A DNA stretch of 64,000 nt from an uncultured Terracidiphilus sp. (GTDB lineage: Bacteria > Acidobacteriota > Terriglobia > Terriglobales > Acidobacteriaceae), in the NCBI GenBank assembly GCA_964383595.1, contig CAYLHL010000001.1, forward strand, positions 42,676-106,675, written 5' to 3'. Each line of letters opens with the position of its first letter. Positions within the stretch are counted from its first letter, which is position 1. Position numbers and translations under genes: made by a program. Positions 1-10,596 of the stretch are shown here, in pieces. The notes under the pieces were generated by a model. It was not told the DNA's origin. It made no database searches and saw nothing but the letters and a program-made list of their open reading frames with translations.

Positions 1-751
1 CCATGCCGAACCGTCCGTGGCTCTCAGGCACCTTCGCGACCCCGGCAGCATGGCGCTCGCGGACGTTGTCATTCTGCCCGGCAGCAAGCAGACCGTCGAC
101 GACCTGCGCTGGTTGCGCGCCTTCGGGTTTGAGCCTGCACTCAAAGAGTTTGCGCGCCATGGGGGACTGATCGTGGGTATCTGTGGAGGTTTCCAGATGC
201 TGGGCAAAGAGATTCTCGACAGCCATGGAATGGAACGCGAGGGAACCGAAAAGGCGCTCGGCCTGCTTCCCGTCAGAACCATCCTGGCACACGACAAGAT
301 CACGGTTCCAGCGCACGGGATGCTCGGCAGCGGTGCACTGTTTGGTCAGCTGATCGATCCCTGTGAGGTTGCTGGCTACGAAATTCACCTGGGCACGACG
401 GAGTATCTCGAAGGGGCGGCGCCGTTTGCATCCATTGCGCGGCAGAACGACGGAGCGCAGACGCTGCCCGATGGATGCGTCTCCACGGACGGACGTGTTT
501 GTGGAACCTATTTGCATGGTCTCTTCGACGGGGACGCTTTTCGGCATGTATTCCTGCGTGCTGCGCGCGCGGCGCGTCAGATGGATTCACCAGCTAGGCT
601 GGTGGTTTGGAGCGAGTTGCGCCGACAGCAGTTGGATATACTGGCCGATGCGTTTGCGGAAGCACTCGATCTGGATGCTGTGTTTGCCATGCTCGACCTG
701 CCGCGTTGCACGAACCGGACTGTTGATCAGGCCGAGTGGAGGCTCTCTTGA
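1..751 (+). CDS. cobQ: Cobyric acid synthase, C-terminal glutamine amidotransferase part (5' truncated by window)
   Basis: Motifs VILPGSK, GICGGFQMLG, GTYLHG; stop overlaps cbiB start (TGATG). Confidence 0.9.
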   Translation, partial: HAEPSVALRHLRDPGSMALADVVILPGSKQTVDDLRWLRAFGFEPALKEFARHGGLIVGICGGFQMLGKEILDSHGMEREGTEKALGLLPVRTILAHDKITVPAHGMLGSGALFGQLIDPCEVAGYEIHLGTTEYLEGAAPFASIARQNDGAQTLPDGCVSTDGRVCGTYLHGLFDGDAFRHVFLRAARAARQMDSPARLVVWSELRRQQLDILADAFAEALDLDAVFAMLDLPRCTNRTVDQAEWRLS

Positions 752-1710
752 TGGAGCCTGCGAAGTTCACTGCCGCCTATGCGCTGGACTGGTGCGCCGG
801 CGATCCCGAATGGCTGCCGCATCCAGTGCGGCTCATGGGCTGGAGCATAGACGCCGCAGAGCGCGCGCTCCGTCGTCGCAGCTCGGGAGATCGTTTTGAA
901 TTGGCAGCAGGCACGCTAGTCGCAGTGGGAGTGCCGGTGCTGTCCGCGCTTTGCGTATACGCATTGTTGAAGCATCTGAGAGGCGACCATCCGGCAATCG
1001 CAACCGCCGCAGAGGTGTGGTTGGCCAGTACCTGTCTCAGCACACGCAACCTGCTCGACGAAGCTGCCGAGGTCATGCGAGCGCTGGAGACCGGAGATCT
1101 GCAGCGAGCGCGTCTGCGGGTTGCGCGCATTGTTGGCCGCGATACGGATGAACTCAATGAAGAGGAAATCTGTCGGGCACTCGTGGAAACACTTGCTGAA
1201 AGCCTCTCGGATGGCGTGATTGCGCCGCTCTTCTATCTGGCAATAGGCGGCGTTCCCGCTGCGATTGCCTATAAGGCGATCAACACGCTCGATTCGATGA
1301 TCGGACATAAGGATGAGAAGCATCTTCACTTCGGACGGGTCGCGGCGCGTGTGGACGACGTTGCCAATTACGTTCCGGCGCGCATTGCGGCGCTCCTGCT
1401 TTGTGTGGCCGCGGAGTTCATCCCGCAAGCCAGCGGAGTTCGTGCCGCACAGGTTTGGTTCCGTGATGGAAGCAGACACGCCAGTCCGAATGCGGGGCAG
1501 GTGGAAGCGGCCATGGCCGGCCTCCTTGGTGTGCGGCTTGGAGGAACGAACCAGTATGCGGGCGAAGCGATCACGTCCCCGCATCTTGGGGCCGAATTCA
1601 CGCTGCCGAACCGCAACGATGCGCGGCGCGCGTGGAAGGCTGTCGGCCTGGCCTCTCTGCTTGGCTTTGGCGGAGCGCTCTTGCTTACGTTGGGGAAAAA
1701 ACATGCGTGA
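751..1710 (+). CDS. cbiB: Adenosylcobinamide-phosphate synthase CbiB/CobD
   Basis: GDP..LPHPV, IVGRDT, ETLAESLSDGVIAPLFY, YKAINTLDSMIGH, SPNAG; ATG at 751. Confidence 0.93.
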   Translation: MEPAKFTAAYALDWCAGDPEWLPHPVRLMGWSIDAAERALRRRSSGDRFELAAGTLVAVGVPVLSALCVYALLKHLRGDHPAIATAAEVWLASTCLSTRNLLDEAAEVMRALETGDLQRARLRVARIVGRDTDELNEEEICRALVETLAESLSDGVIAPLFYLAIGGVPAAIAYKAINTLDSMIGHKDEKHLHFGRVAARVDDVANYVPARIAALLLCVAAEFIPQASGVRAAQVWFRDGSRHASPNAGQVEAAMAGLLGVRLGGTNQYAGEAITSPHLGAEFTLPNRNDARRAWKAVGLASLLGFGGALLLTLGKKHA

Positions 1711-2812
1711 AGGTTTCTTGCCGGCTCATGGTGGGCAACTGCGCGAGCTGGCTGCCGAGTTTGGCGTGCCTGAAGCATCGTTGCTCGACTTCAGCGCCAG
1801 CATTCATCCGCACCCGCCGTCCGATCAGATTGTAGCGGCTCTTTGCGATGCTCTTCGCGAGCGCACGATTATGACCGAATATCCGGATTTGCATTACGTC
1901 GCCCTGAAGGAGGCAATTGCCGACTACGTGCAGGTAGATGTGCCGGCCATTGCCATTGGCAGCGGTGTGATGCCGTTGCTCGGTGCCGCACTCTCCGCGC
2001 TTCGCCCGCACCGATGCCTGGTTCCGGTTCCCGCGTTCACCGAATACCGGAAGGTGCTCGACACGTGCGGCGTGGAGTGCTGCGCCTTCACCTCGACACA
2101 AGATACGGGATTCTTGCTGGATGGCGCGCTGCTGGCAGCCAGGTTGAAGGCCTCGGGCGCGCAGGCCGTGTTGCTGGCCAATCCGCAAAGCCCCTCGGGA
2201 CGGCTAATGCGCGCGGAAGAATTGCTCCGGTTGCATGAAGCGTCATCCGCGCTGGGCGCGACCACCATCGTCGATGAGGCATTCATCGACTACGCTCCTG
2301 AAGACAGCCTCTCGCAATGGGCAGCGAAAAGCCCCGGACTGATCGTTCTGCGCTCCTTGACCAAATTCTTTGCGATGCCCGGATTGCGCGTTGCGTATGC
2401 GGTCACCTGCCCCGAGATGCGCGCTGCCATGGAATCCCGTATCCCTGCATGGCCCGTGGGTTCGATGGCGGCTGAAGCGGCCCGGATGGTGCTCCAGGAT
2501 TGGCCTTCGATTGCCCAGACTCGTGCGACGAATGCAACCGAGCGTAGTTGGCTGGCAGAGCAATTGCAGGCGCTGGGGTTCTGCGTCTTTCCAGGCGCGG
2601 CCAATTACCTGCTGATGAAGATCGATGAAAGCCGCAATGGCCGGGAGTTCTGGCGGCAGCTCATTGTCGAGCATCGCGTCGTCCTCCGCTCCTGCGCAAA
2701 CTTTGAGGGCCTGGACGAACATTACTTCCGCATCGGGGTGCGCACCCGTTTGCACAATGAACTGTTAGTGCGGGAGTTGAAGGAAGTCATGCATCTCGCG
2801 CCGAGAAGCTAG
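1703..2812 (+). CDS. cobD: Threonine-phosphate decarboxylase (PLP class I aminotransferase fold)
   Basis: AHGG..LLDFSASI N-terminus, VDEAFIDY, LRSLTKFFAMPGLR; start re-set to ATG 1703 overlapping cbiB end. Confidence 0.88.
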   Translation: MREGFLPAHGGQLRELAAEFGVPEASLLDFSASIHPHPPSDQIVAALCDALRERTIMTEYPDLHYVALKEAIADYVQVDVPAIAIGSGVMPLLGAALSALRPHRCLVPVPAFTEYRKVLDTCGVECCAFTSTQDTGFLLDGALLAARLKASGAQAVLLANPQSPSGRLMRAEELLRLHEASSALGATTIVDEAFIDYAPEDSLSQWAAKSPGLIVLRSLTKFFAMPGLRVAYAVTCPEMRAAMESRIPAWPVGSMAAEAARMVLQDWPSIAQTRATNATERSWLAEQLQALGFCVFPGAANYLLMKIDESRNGREFWRQLIVEHRVVLRSCANFEGLDEHYFRIGVRTRLHNELLVRELKEVMHLAPRS

Positions 2813-2824
2813 GAGTAAGTCAAA

Positions 2825-5800
2825 ATGCGCTGGCAAGGTCTGCTTCTTGCAATTTATTGGCTGTTCTGTTTCGCGGCCGTCACGGTTGCTCAGAGTTCCA
2901 CTTCTTCCTTGCGTGGAGATGTGGCCGACTCTTCTGACGCGGCTGTTGTGGGTGCCCAGGTGGCTTTGAAGAACCCGGCGACAGGGTTCTCAACTTCGCG
3001 CGCTACAGATTCCACGGGCGAATATCGCTTTCTCGGAGTACCCGCCGGAACATACACAGTCTCCGTGACGGCGAAGGGATTCGCCGCGCAGTTCGCAGTT
3101 GTCGAGTTGCTAGTCAATCAACCGTCCACGCAAAGTTTCTCGCTCTCCGTGGAGGCGCTCGAAACCGTGGTGGAGGTGAGCGGCGAAGCGCAGGGATTGA
3201 ATTATGTGGACGCCAGCATGGGGGATGCGGTGAATGACACAACCATTCAAGCGCTGCCCATGGAGGGGCGCAACGTCCCGGACCTGCTGAGCCTGCAACC
3301 TGGAGTGTTGTACCTTGGCGAAGCGGACGACCAGAGTCATGACAGCCGCAGCGGAACTTCGAGCGGCAGCCGCTCAGACCAGGGCAACATCACGCTGGAT
3401 GGGGTGGACAACAACGATCAGGCGCGCGGATATGCTTTTACTGGAGTGCTCCGCTCCACTCTCGATTCAGTGCAGGAGTTTCGCGTAACGACCGATGCCT
3501 TTGGGGCTGACACCGGCCGTTCCTCCGGAGCGCAAGTCAGTCTGGTGACCAGGAGCGGCACCAACGGGGTTCACGGCAGTCTCTACGAGTACAACCGGAG
3601 TTCGCTGGGCGAGGCCAACGACTGGTTCAACAAACAGGCGGAGCTGTCGAATGGGCTGCCGAATGTACCGGGAAAACTCATTCGCAATACCTTCGGAACG
3701 TCGCTTGGCGGCCCCATCAAGAAGGACAAAGCTTTCCTCTTTGTGAACTACGAGGGGCAGCGAACCTCGGAGAGCCAGCAGCAGACAATGACCGTTCCCA
3801 CGCTCTCGATGCGCGCAGGGAATATCCAGTATCTGACTTCCGCTCAGGGCAGTCCCACACTCCTCACTCCCGCGCAGATTGCATCCATGGACCCTAGCTG
3901 TTCAGGTCAGTGCAATCGTCCCTGGGGTCCAGGCGTTGATCCAAATGTGCTGGCGGTACTGAACCTGTACCCTGCGCCGAACGGTCTCTCTGCGGGGGAC
4001 GGACTGAATACTGCTTCCTATACTTGGTCAGCGCCCAATCCAGCGTCGCTCAACACCTATATTGCGCGCTTCGATTCCATGTTGTCGCACCGCAACTGGC
4101 TCTTTGTCCGGAGCAATCTGCAGAACTACAAGACCTTTTCCGTGCCGCAGTTTCCCAGCCAGTCAGCCAGCGCGACCAATACGGATAACAGCAAGGGACT
4201 TGTGGCGGGAGATACCTGGAACATCTCATCCAACCTTATCAACAATGTGCATTATGGATTCATTCGCCAAGGGTATGCCAGCCGCGGCATCGGCCAGGGC
4301 TCGTACGCGAACTTCTACAACATCAGCCCGCTCTATGCCGAAACCAGGACCACACTTGTCGACATCCCGGTTCATAACATCATCGACGATGTGACCTTGA
4401 CGCGCAGAGCGCATACGATCCAGTTCGGCGCCAATTACAGACTGATTCTCGATCACCGTCGCTCCGACGCTTTCTCTTACAGCTACGGGTACACCAACGC
4501 ATATGCACTGGCCGATGCCGGCATTGCCAACACCGGGCAGAGTTTCGATCCAGCGGCATTCGGGTACACGGCGGTAGCCGGAAGTTTCGCGGACTCATAC
4601 AACTTTGCGATGGGCAATCTTGCAGGCCTTTTGGATCTGGTGACAACCCAATCCAATTATCAGATCGCGCCTGGCGGGAGCACGGCGAGTCTACTGCCCA
4701 CTGGCGCTATGCTGGATCGCGAATTCAAAAACAACGAGTTTGAATACTATTTGCAGGATTCCTGGCGCGTTCAGCGACGTCTCACGTTGACATTCGGATT
4801 GCGTCACACACTGCTGCAAACGCCTTTCGAGGTTCACGGTCAGCAGGCGCAGCCCACAGTCAATATAGACCAATGGTTCAGAACTCGGGAACAGCAGGCG
4901 GAGTTGTTGAATAGCGTGCAGCCGGACCTCTTCTTTGCGCCATCGGGACAGGCTAGGGGATTGAAGGCGTACTGGCCGATGCAGAAAGGAAATGTCGCTC
5001 CTCGAATCGCCGTTGCCTTCTCCCCCGGAGCTGCGCATGGCTTCTGGCACAAACTCTTCGGCGGAGCGGAGGAAAGTTCAATCCGCGCGGGGTACGGCAT
5101 ATATTACGACCACTACGGGGAGGGAATCGTCAATCTCTTCGACCAGTACGGTTCCTATGGACTCAGCGAAAGTATCACCAATCCCACCAACTTGCTTACT
5201 CCCGCGACCTCACCGCGCTTCACCGGCATTCACGATCTTCCGGATATAACAGGCAGACCCGCAAGCACAATTACTTACCCCGCCTTAGCGCCCAACAATC
5301 CCCTTTGGACGGGTTTCGAGATTGCACACGGTCTCGATGATCGCATGAAGACGCCCTATTCGCAGGTGGTCAATCTCTCGATTCAACGCGAGTTACATCG
5401 AGAGTTCACTTTGGAGATCGCCTACATTGGCAGGCTTGGCCGCCACCAGTTGGAGCAGATCGATCTGGCACAACCGCTCGATCTGGTCGATCCGAAATCG
5501 GGGCAGGACTACTTCTCGGCGGCTACCCAGCTCTCCAAGCAAAAGTATGCGGGAGTCGCCAGCGTGTCCGCCATCCCCTACTTCGAGAACATGTTTCCCG
5601 ATGCTGCGGGGGGTGGCAGTAGCGCTACCCAGAACGTTTACAACATCTGGCTTCCCGGCAACGAGACGGGATCGCTCTACATGCTCGATATTCTCTGTAC
5701 TCCTGGCTGCGGAGGCACGCCTAATCGCTTTTGGCCGCGCCAGTATGCGAGCATGTATGCGTGGTCGTCGATCGGAACCAGCAGCTACAATGCCGGACAG

Positions 5801-6565
5801 ATTACGCTGCGGCGAAAGATTAGCCGAGGCGTGCAGATGGAGTTGAGCTATACACTTTCCAAATCACTCGACATGGGGTCGGATAACGAGCGCACCATGT
5901 TTTCCTCCAGTACAGGCACCAGCGCCGGTAGCAGCTTCGGGGCCATCCTCAATGCCTGGAACCCACGCTTTAATCGCGCCGTATCCGATTTCGATGTCCG
6001 TCACCTCGTCAGCGGCAACTGGGTGGCGGAGCTTCCGGTTGGAAGAGGCAAGACACTGCTGGGCGGCGCGAACCGCGCCGTGAATGGGGTGATCGGAAAC
6101 TGGCAGCTTTCCGGGGTTGTGCGCTGGACCAGTGGGCTTCCCTTCAGCGTGATCTGCGGAGCGGGTTGGGGAACCGATTGGGATGAGCAGAGCAACATGG
6201 TCCAGACGGGACCGATCCACACCCACACCCATATTGATAATGGCGCAGCTCAGGTCTTTGCGAATCCTTCTCAAGCACTGGCGAATATGCGCAACCCATA
6301 TCCGGGCGAAGCCGGGCAGCGCAATAACTTCCGCGGCGACGGCTACTTTGGCGCCGATGCCGGATTGTCGAAGACCTGGAAGACAAATGAACGCAATAGC
6401 ATCCGGCTTGCCTGGGAGGCTTTCAACGTTTCAAACTCCGTTCGCTTCGACGTCAACCCGCTCACCTCACTGCAGAACATGACAACCAGCGGAGAATTCG
6501 GTGTGTATGATGCGATCCTCACAAAGCCGCGCGTACAACAGGTTTCTCTCCGTTATTTGTTCTGA
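2825..6565 (+). CDS. TonB-dependent receptor, Oar-like, with N-terminal carboxypeptidase-regulatory-like domain
   Basis: Signal peptide, NITLDGVDNND, VQEFRV, YLQDSWRV, C-terminal PR..Q.SLRYLF. Confidence 0.88.
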   Translation: MRWQGLLLAIYWLFCFAAVTVAQSSTSSLRGDVADSSDAAVVGAQVALKNPATGFSTSRATDSTGEYRFLGVPAGTYTVSVTAKGFAAQFAVVELLVNQPSTQSFSLSVEALETVVEVSGEAQGLNYVDASMGDAVNDTTIQALPMEGRNVPDLLSLQPGVLYLGEADDQSHDSRSGTSSGSRSDQGNITLDGVDNNDQARGYAFTGVLRSTLDSVQEFRVTTDAFGADTGRSSGAQVSLVTRSGTNGVHGSLYEYNRSSLGEANDWFNKQAELSNGLPNVPGKLIRNTFGTSLGGPIKKDKAFLFVNYEGQRTSESQQQTMTVPTLSMRAGNIQYLTSAQGSPTLLTPAQIASMDPSCSGQCNRPWGPGVDPNVLAVLNLYPAPNGLSAGDGLNTASYTWSAPNPASLNTYIARFDSMLSHRNWLFVRSNLQNYKTFSVPQFPSQSASATNTDNSKGLVAGDTWNISSNLINNVHYGFIRQGYASRGIGQGSYANFYNISPLYAETRTTLVDIPVHNIIDDVTLTRRAHTIQFGANYRLILDHRRSDAFSYSYGYTNAYALADAGIANTGQSFDPAAFGYTAVAGSFADSYNFAMGNLAGLLDLVTTQSNYQIAPGGSTASLLPTGAMLDREFKNNEFEYYLQDSWRVQRRLTLTFGLRHTLLQTPFEVHGQQAQPTVNIDQWFRTREQQAELLNSVQPDLFFAPSGQARGLKAYWPMQKGNVAPRIAVAFSPGAAHGFWHKLFGGAEESSIRAGYGIYYDHYGEGIVNLFDQYGSYGLSESITNPTNLLTPATSPRFTGIHDLPDITGRPASTITYPALAPNNPLWTGFEIAHGLDDRMKTPYSQVVNLSIQRELHREFTLEIAYIGRLGRHQLEQIDLAQPLDLVDPKSGQDYFSAATQLSKQKYAGVASVSAIPYFENMFPDAAGGGSSATQNVYNIWLPGNETGSLYMLDILCTPGCGGTPNRFWPRQYASMYAWSSIGTSSYNAGQITLRRKISRGVQMELSYTLSKSLDMGSDNERTMFSSSTGTSAGSSFGAILNAWNPRFNRAVSDFDVRHLVSGNWVAELPVGRGKTLLGGANRAVNGVIGNWQLSGVVRWTSGLPFSVICGAGWGTDWDEQSNMVQTGPIHTHTHIDNGAAQVFANPSQALANMRNPYPGEAGQRNNFRGDGYFGADAGLSKTWKTNERNSIRLAWEAFNVSNSVRFDVNPLTSLQNMTTSGEFGVYDAILTKPRVQQVSLRYLF

Positions 6566-6825
6566 GTTGACGCACCAGACCCCGGAGCACACAGGGAAAC
6601 CACTGCGGAAGAATGGATGCAGCGCTGGTGGATGCCGAACCTGCATGGAATCAATCGTATAGTTGAGTCACGCCAAATCAGTAGCAGGAAACGCCCATGT
6701 CACCATCCATATTTGGGTTGATGGCTCGGACGTTGGTCCAAGATGCGGTGCCGACGTGAACAATTCTAGAATCGACGGAACGTCGTGAGCTACCCGCCGA
6801 CGGGCCTTCTTTTGGGCTCCGAGTA

Positions 6826-8844
6826 TCAGTCGCCGGAGCCAAAACGAAATTGAGCCTTCCAGTCTGTTTCTTCGCCCAATGTCAAACACGCCTCAAAACG
6901 CTTGCCCTGTTTAGAAATGAAGCCTTTGAGCAGGCCGGTTTTGCCCTTCGTGCAGAGTGCCTCAATTTGTTTCGGGGTGAGGGTCTTCTTGGCGATGGTT
7001 TCGTTGATTCTGAATTTGCAGCCCTCGCGGTAGCGGCTGCAACCGTAGAAGTTCTGACCATTGGGCCTTTTGACGACGCCTTGCTTGCATTTCGGGCACA
7101 CGAGCGATCCGGACGGCGGGGCATCCCCTGTTTTCGCCGGCGCTGACCCATTCGACGCCACAGCAGGTTGCGGCGCGATGTGCAACTGCGCCAATTCTTT
7201 TTTGAGCTGGCCGTCAATGCCGGAAACCACATTGATGTACTGGGCTTTGCCTTCGGCAATATCGTCGAGCTGCTGCTCAAGGGAGCGCGTGTAGTCGTAC
7301 TCTAGAAAGGCAAAGTGACCTTTGAGCGCGTCGATGAGCAAGATGCCGAGATCTGTGGCCCTCAATATCTTCTTTGAATCGTCGATGTAGTTGCGCGTAA
7401 TGATGTTCTTGAGAATGGCTGGGTAGGTTGAAGGCCGTCCGATTCCTTCGTGCTCCAGCTTCTTAATCAGACTTGCCTGGGTGTAGCCGTTCGGCGGGCG
7501 CGTCTGCTTGTTCAACACACGGGCGCTGTCGGCGTGGACCTGGGTGCCCCGTGCGAGGGAAGGGACGCGACCATTCTCCTCCGATTGCCTTTCCGGGTCC
7601 TCCGTGTCGTTCGCCTCGGGTTCTTCGGCGGCGTCCTTGGCTGTTAGAGTGCGCCAGCCCGGCTTGATGAGCGTTCGGCCCGTTGCTTTGAAGACGAATG
7701 GCCGCGATCCATCCTGGGCCCGGAGTGTGAGGGTGTTCACGCTGTATTCGGCATCCGCGAGTTGCGAGGCTACAGCTCGGGTCCAAATGAGGTCGTAGAG
7801 GCTCTTCTGGTCGTTGTCTGCGCCGGCATGACGCTGCTCCAGGTGAGTGGGGCGGATTGCCTCGTGCGCCTCCTGGGCGCTCTCTTTCGACTTCCAGGTG
7901 CGCGGTTTCGGCGGCAAGGGCAGGTTGTTGCTGGCCGCGTAAGCCCGAATCTCGGCCAGCGCATCTGCGGAAAAGTTTTGACTGTCGGTGCGGTGGTAGG
8001 TAATCAACCCCTCTTCGAATAGCCGCTGGGCAAGCTGTGCGGTCTGCTCCGGCTTGTATCCGAGCGTTACGCTAGCTGCCTGAAGCAGCGTTGCCGTTGT
8101 GAAGGGCGGCGGCGGGGCCTTGGTCGCCGGTTTCGTCGCCGCGGCCGTGACGGCAAAGATTCTGCATTTCGCTGCTTCTTCCGCCAGCGAAGCATCCAGA
8201 ATGTATTCCTCGCCCTCCTTGAGGAAAGGGGCTGTATCCCACTGGGCGCGCCATTTTCCGTTGTCGAAGATGGCCTCGGCACCAAAATGCTTTGTTTCCT
8301 TGAATGCGTCTATTTCACGTTGCCGATCGACGACAAGGCGGAGAGCAACACTTTGGACGCGCCCGGCACTCAGCCGGGCAATGCCCGTTTGCTGCGAGAG
8401 AGCAGGCGACACCTGGTAGCCGACGAGGCGATCCGCGCCTCGCCTGGCCTCTTGTGCGTGAATGAGGTTCGTATTGAGCTGTCGCGGAGCTTTAAGGGCG
8501 GAACGGACCACGCTCTCGGTGATTGCGTCGAAGGTAACGCGAACGTACCGGCGAGGCTTTAATACCTGCTGCAAGTGCCACGCAATGGCTTCTCCCTCGC
8601 GGTCGGGATCTGTGGCGAGATACACCTGTTCGGAGCGTGCGACGCGCTGCCGCAACTGGGAAACAACAGCCTTGCTGCGTTCGAGAATCTGGTATTGGAG
8701 CCGGTAGGTTTCCGGCTCAATACCGAATTCGCTTACAGGGAGATCCCGAATGTGTCCAACGCTTGCGGCAACATCCCAGCCACTGCCCAAAATTGCTTTG
8801 ATCTTCTTGATCTTATTCGGGCTCTCCACGATCATCAGGTTCAT
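6826..8844 (-). CDS. topA: Type IA DNA topoisomerase (element-borne) with Zn ribbon and C-terminal repeat
   Basis: IVESPNK, ATDPDREGEAIAWH, SAGRVQS, GLITYHRTDS, AQEAHEAIRPT, GIGRPST, CPKC..GCS.Y. Confidence 0.92.
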   Translation of the reverse strand: MNLMIVESPNKIKKIKAILGSGWDVAASVGHIRDLPVSEFGIEPETYRLQYQILERSKAVVSQLRQRVARSEQVYLATDPDREGEAIAWHLQQVLKPRRYVRVTFDAITESVVRSALKAPRQLNTNLIHAQEARRGADRLVGYQVSPALSQQTGIARLSAGRVQSVALRLVVDRQREIDAFKETKHFGAEAIFDNGKWRAQWDTAPFLKEGEEYILDASLAEEAAKCRIFAVTAAATKPATKAPPPPFTTATLLQAASVTLGYKPEQTAQLAQRLFEEGLITYHRTDSQNFSADALAEIRAYAASNNLPLPPKPRTWKSKESAQEAHEAIRPTHLEQRHAGADNDQKSLYDLIWTRAVASQLADAEYSVNTLTLRAQDGSRPFVFKATGRTLIKPGWRTLTAKDAAEEPEANDTEDPERQSEENGRVPSLARGTQVHADSARVLNKQTRPPNGYTQASLIKKLEHEGIGRPSTYPAILKNIITRNYIDDSKKILRATDLGILLIDALKGHFAFLEYDYTRSLEQQLDDIAEGKAQYINVVSGIDGQLKKELAQLHIAPQPAVASNGSAPAKTGDAPPSGSLVCPKCKQGVVKRPNGQNFYGCSRYREGCKFRINETIAKKTLTPKQIEALCTKGKTGLLKGFISKQGKRFEACLTLGEETDWKAQFRFGSGD

Positions 8845-8879
8845 GCGGCTGCCTCTTGCCTAGCGATGCACCGAGAGCA

Positions 8880-9305
8880 TTATGCGAAGGTGGTTTGTGT
8901 TGGGCTCTTGAGTTTATAGATGGAGGCAAAATAGGCCACCATTACGCGAAACGTCTTGGAGCGATTGACGCCCCCAAGAACCTCTCCTCCAACCCGCTCC
9001 AGTTCATCAGCGATCTCGTGGGTCAAGGGGAATACGAATGCGGTGTCAATACTCTGAAAGGGAATGTTCAGCCACTGGTTGTTGTAGAACGCAACAATCT
9101 GCGTCTGAGCGACCTTGGTCTTGAAGTTCATAATGATGTGTTCTGCAAGAGCGTTCTTCTTCCGAATTCCGAGCACGGCAAAAAGCTGATTGAAGTGTGT
9201 TTTCGTAAATTTGGAGTCAACAGTGAGCCGGAGCTGGGTGCGCTTTTCAAGCGGTGCGACGATCCTGGACTTGGTACGGGCTCCGGTTTTCTTCGTTGGG
9301 GTCAT
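8880..9305 (-). CDS. Hypothetical protein, possible tandem ribbon-helix-helix regulator
   Basis: AAGGAG RBS; two strand-helix-helix-like segments, the second with NRSKTFRVMV. Confidence 0.55.
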   Translation of the reverse strand: MTPTKKTGARTKSRIVAPLEKRTQLRLTVDSKFTKTHFNQLFAVLGIRKKNALAEHIIMNFKTKVAQTQIVAFYNNQWLNIPFQSIDTAFVFPLTHEIADELERVGGEVLGGVNRSKTFRVMVAYFASIYKLKSPTQTTFA

Positions 9306-9472
9306 ACCGTCTCCTTTGCGTTGTGTAACTTCAGATGTATATTACAGTAATTATATACTATTTAGCAACGACTCCCGCTAGGGAATAGTAATCAAAGGAG
9401 TTCCCGAAAGTCACTATAGTGGGTTTGTTGCAATGGGGGAAACGACAGCCACGCTTCCCCCGTTTGCAGGTC

Positions 9473-10120
9473 TTACCGAAAGCTCCCTGCCGTCGCACAC
9501 GCGTCGAATGGGAGCGCTCTTGCGGATCGTGCTCCCACCTCCAAACTGCGCCGTCTCTGGGGTTGGTACGCTGCGTATATCTCCTTGATCCGATTAACCA
9601 TACCTCTCGGAGCCCGCATGTCTAAGCACGCCTGCGCACGCCGCATCGAGTGGTGTATCTGTGGCCTCTCGGCAATATTCATCATATGAAGAGCGGCGCG
9701 AACTGCGAACCGTTCCTCGAACGAGAGACGGTGACCGTCCAAATTCAGAAGGGCGCTCACCATAGTAGAGAATTCAGGGTATTTATGCGGTATGGAAGGT
9801 GTGCTCTCCGTTGAGGTTTCATGTATGGCTGCGGGCACCGCTACAGCCAATTGCTCGGTCGAGGCGCACCGGAGGAGGTGAACCGCAGCGATGATTCCGG
9901 CCGCGTCTTCCTCTTTCAGAACGGCATTCACGTTGATCTCAAGGAGGACTGTTGCAACGGAAGCCAGGGACTGATGAGCCCGCTGTTGTGCTCTTTGGAT
10001 GATCCGATAGCACCGAGCCATCTGCGCTTCGATGGCTCCACGTCGTTTGGGCGAATTCGCGCAGGACGTAAGAGTCACTGCGAGCGCTTCGAGTCTTTCC
10101 TGCGCTTCCGGTACGGTCAT
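9473..10120 (-). CDS. Hypothetical protein
   Basis: ORF with GGAGGGGAG RBS before MTVPEAQ; co-oriented with neighbours; GGGGGAA/TTCCCCC hairpin downstream. Confidence 0.55.
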   Translation of the reverse strand: MTVPEAQERLEALAVTLTSCANSPKRRGAIEAQMARCYRIIQRAQQRAHQSLASVATVLLEINVNAVLKEEDAAGIIAAVHLLRCASTEQLAVAVPAAIHETSTESTPSIPHKYPEFSTMVSALLNLDGHRLSFEERFAVRAALHMMNIAERPQIHHSMRRAQACLDMRAPRGMVNRIKEIYAAYQPQRRRSLEVGARSARALPFDACATAGSFR

Positions 10121-10596
10121 TCTCCCCTCCCTTGATTGTTGATTGCCGATGAGCAAAGCTATAGAACAACTTTCTTTTATATCACATTAATCATGTAATT
10201 CGGACCCCGTTAAGGGGTACGAAAGTGTTCCTAGTCACTGCCAAAGTCTTCCCTGTATTTACCTTTTATTCTTGGGTTTTGCGTTTCATACAGTTCTGCT
10301 GTATTATCTGTACGATCTCAGTGAACGGCCACACCATGCACTGTATGAAAATGCGCCAATCGACAATGCCCATACCTCGTGGCTTGGTTTTGAGAGTGTT
10401 TGGGCGCTTACCGCGCTTCTTGCGGGCTCGTTTGCTTGCTCGATGGCGCAGTAAGGGCGGGCCGGGAAGACAGCGGGATGGCCCTGCGCCATGTTGGCCA
10501 TATCGCATCGATCAGGTACTCAGGTTCTATTACGCGTGATGTGTATGAAGTGTCGAAGACTGTTCACCCGTGAAGACTCGCGTTTGGAGAAAGAAA

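Noticed and set aside
6668..6680. ACGCCAAAT match to the tRNA 3' end as a second att site
   Set aside because: Only 9 bp and inverted relative to the tRNA, whereas att sites are direct repeats
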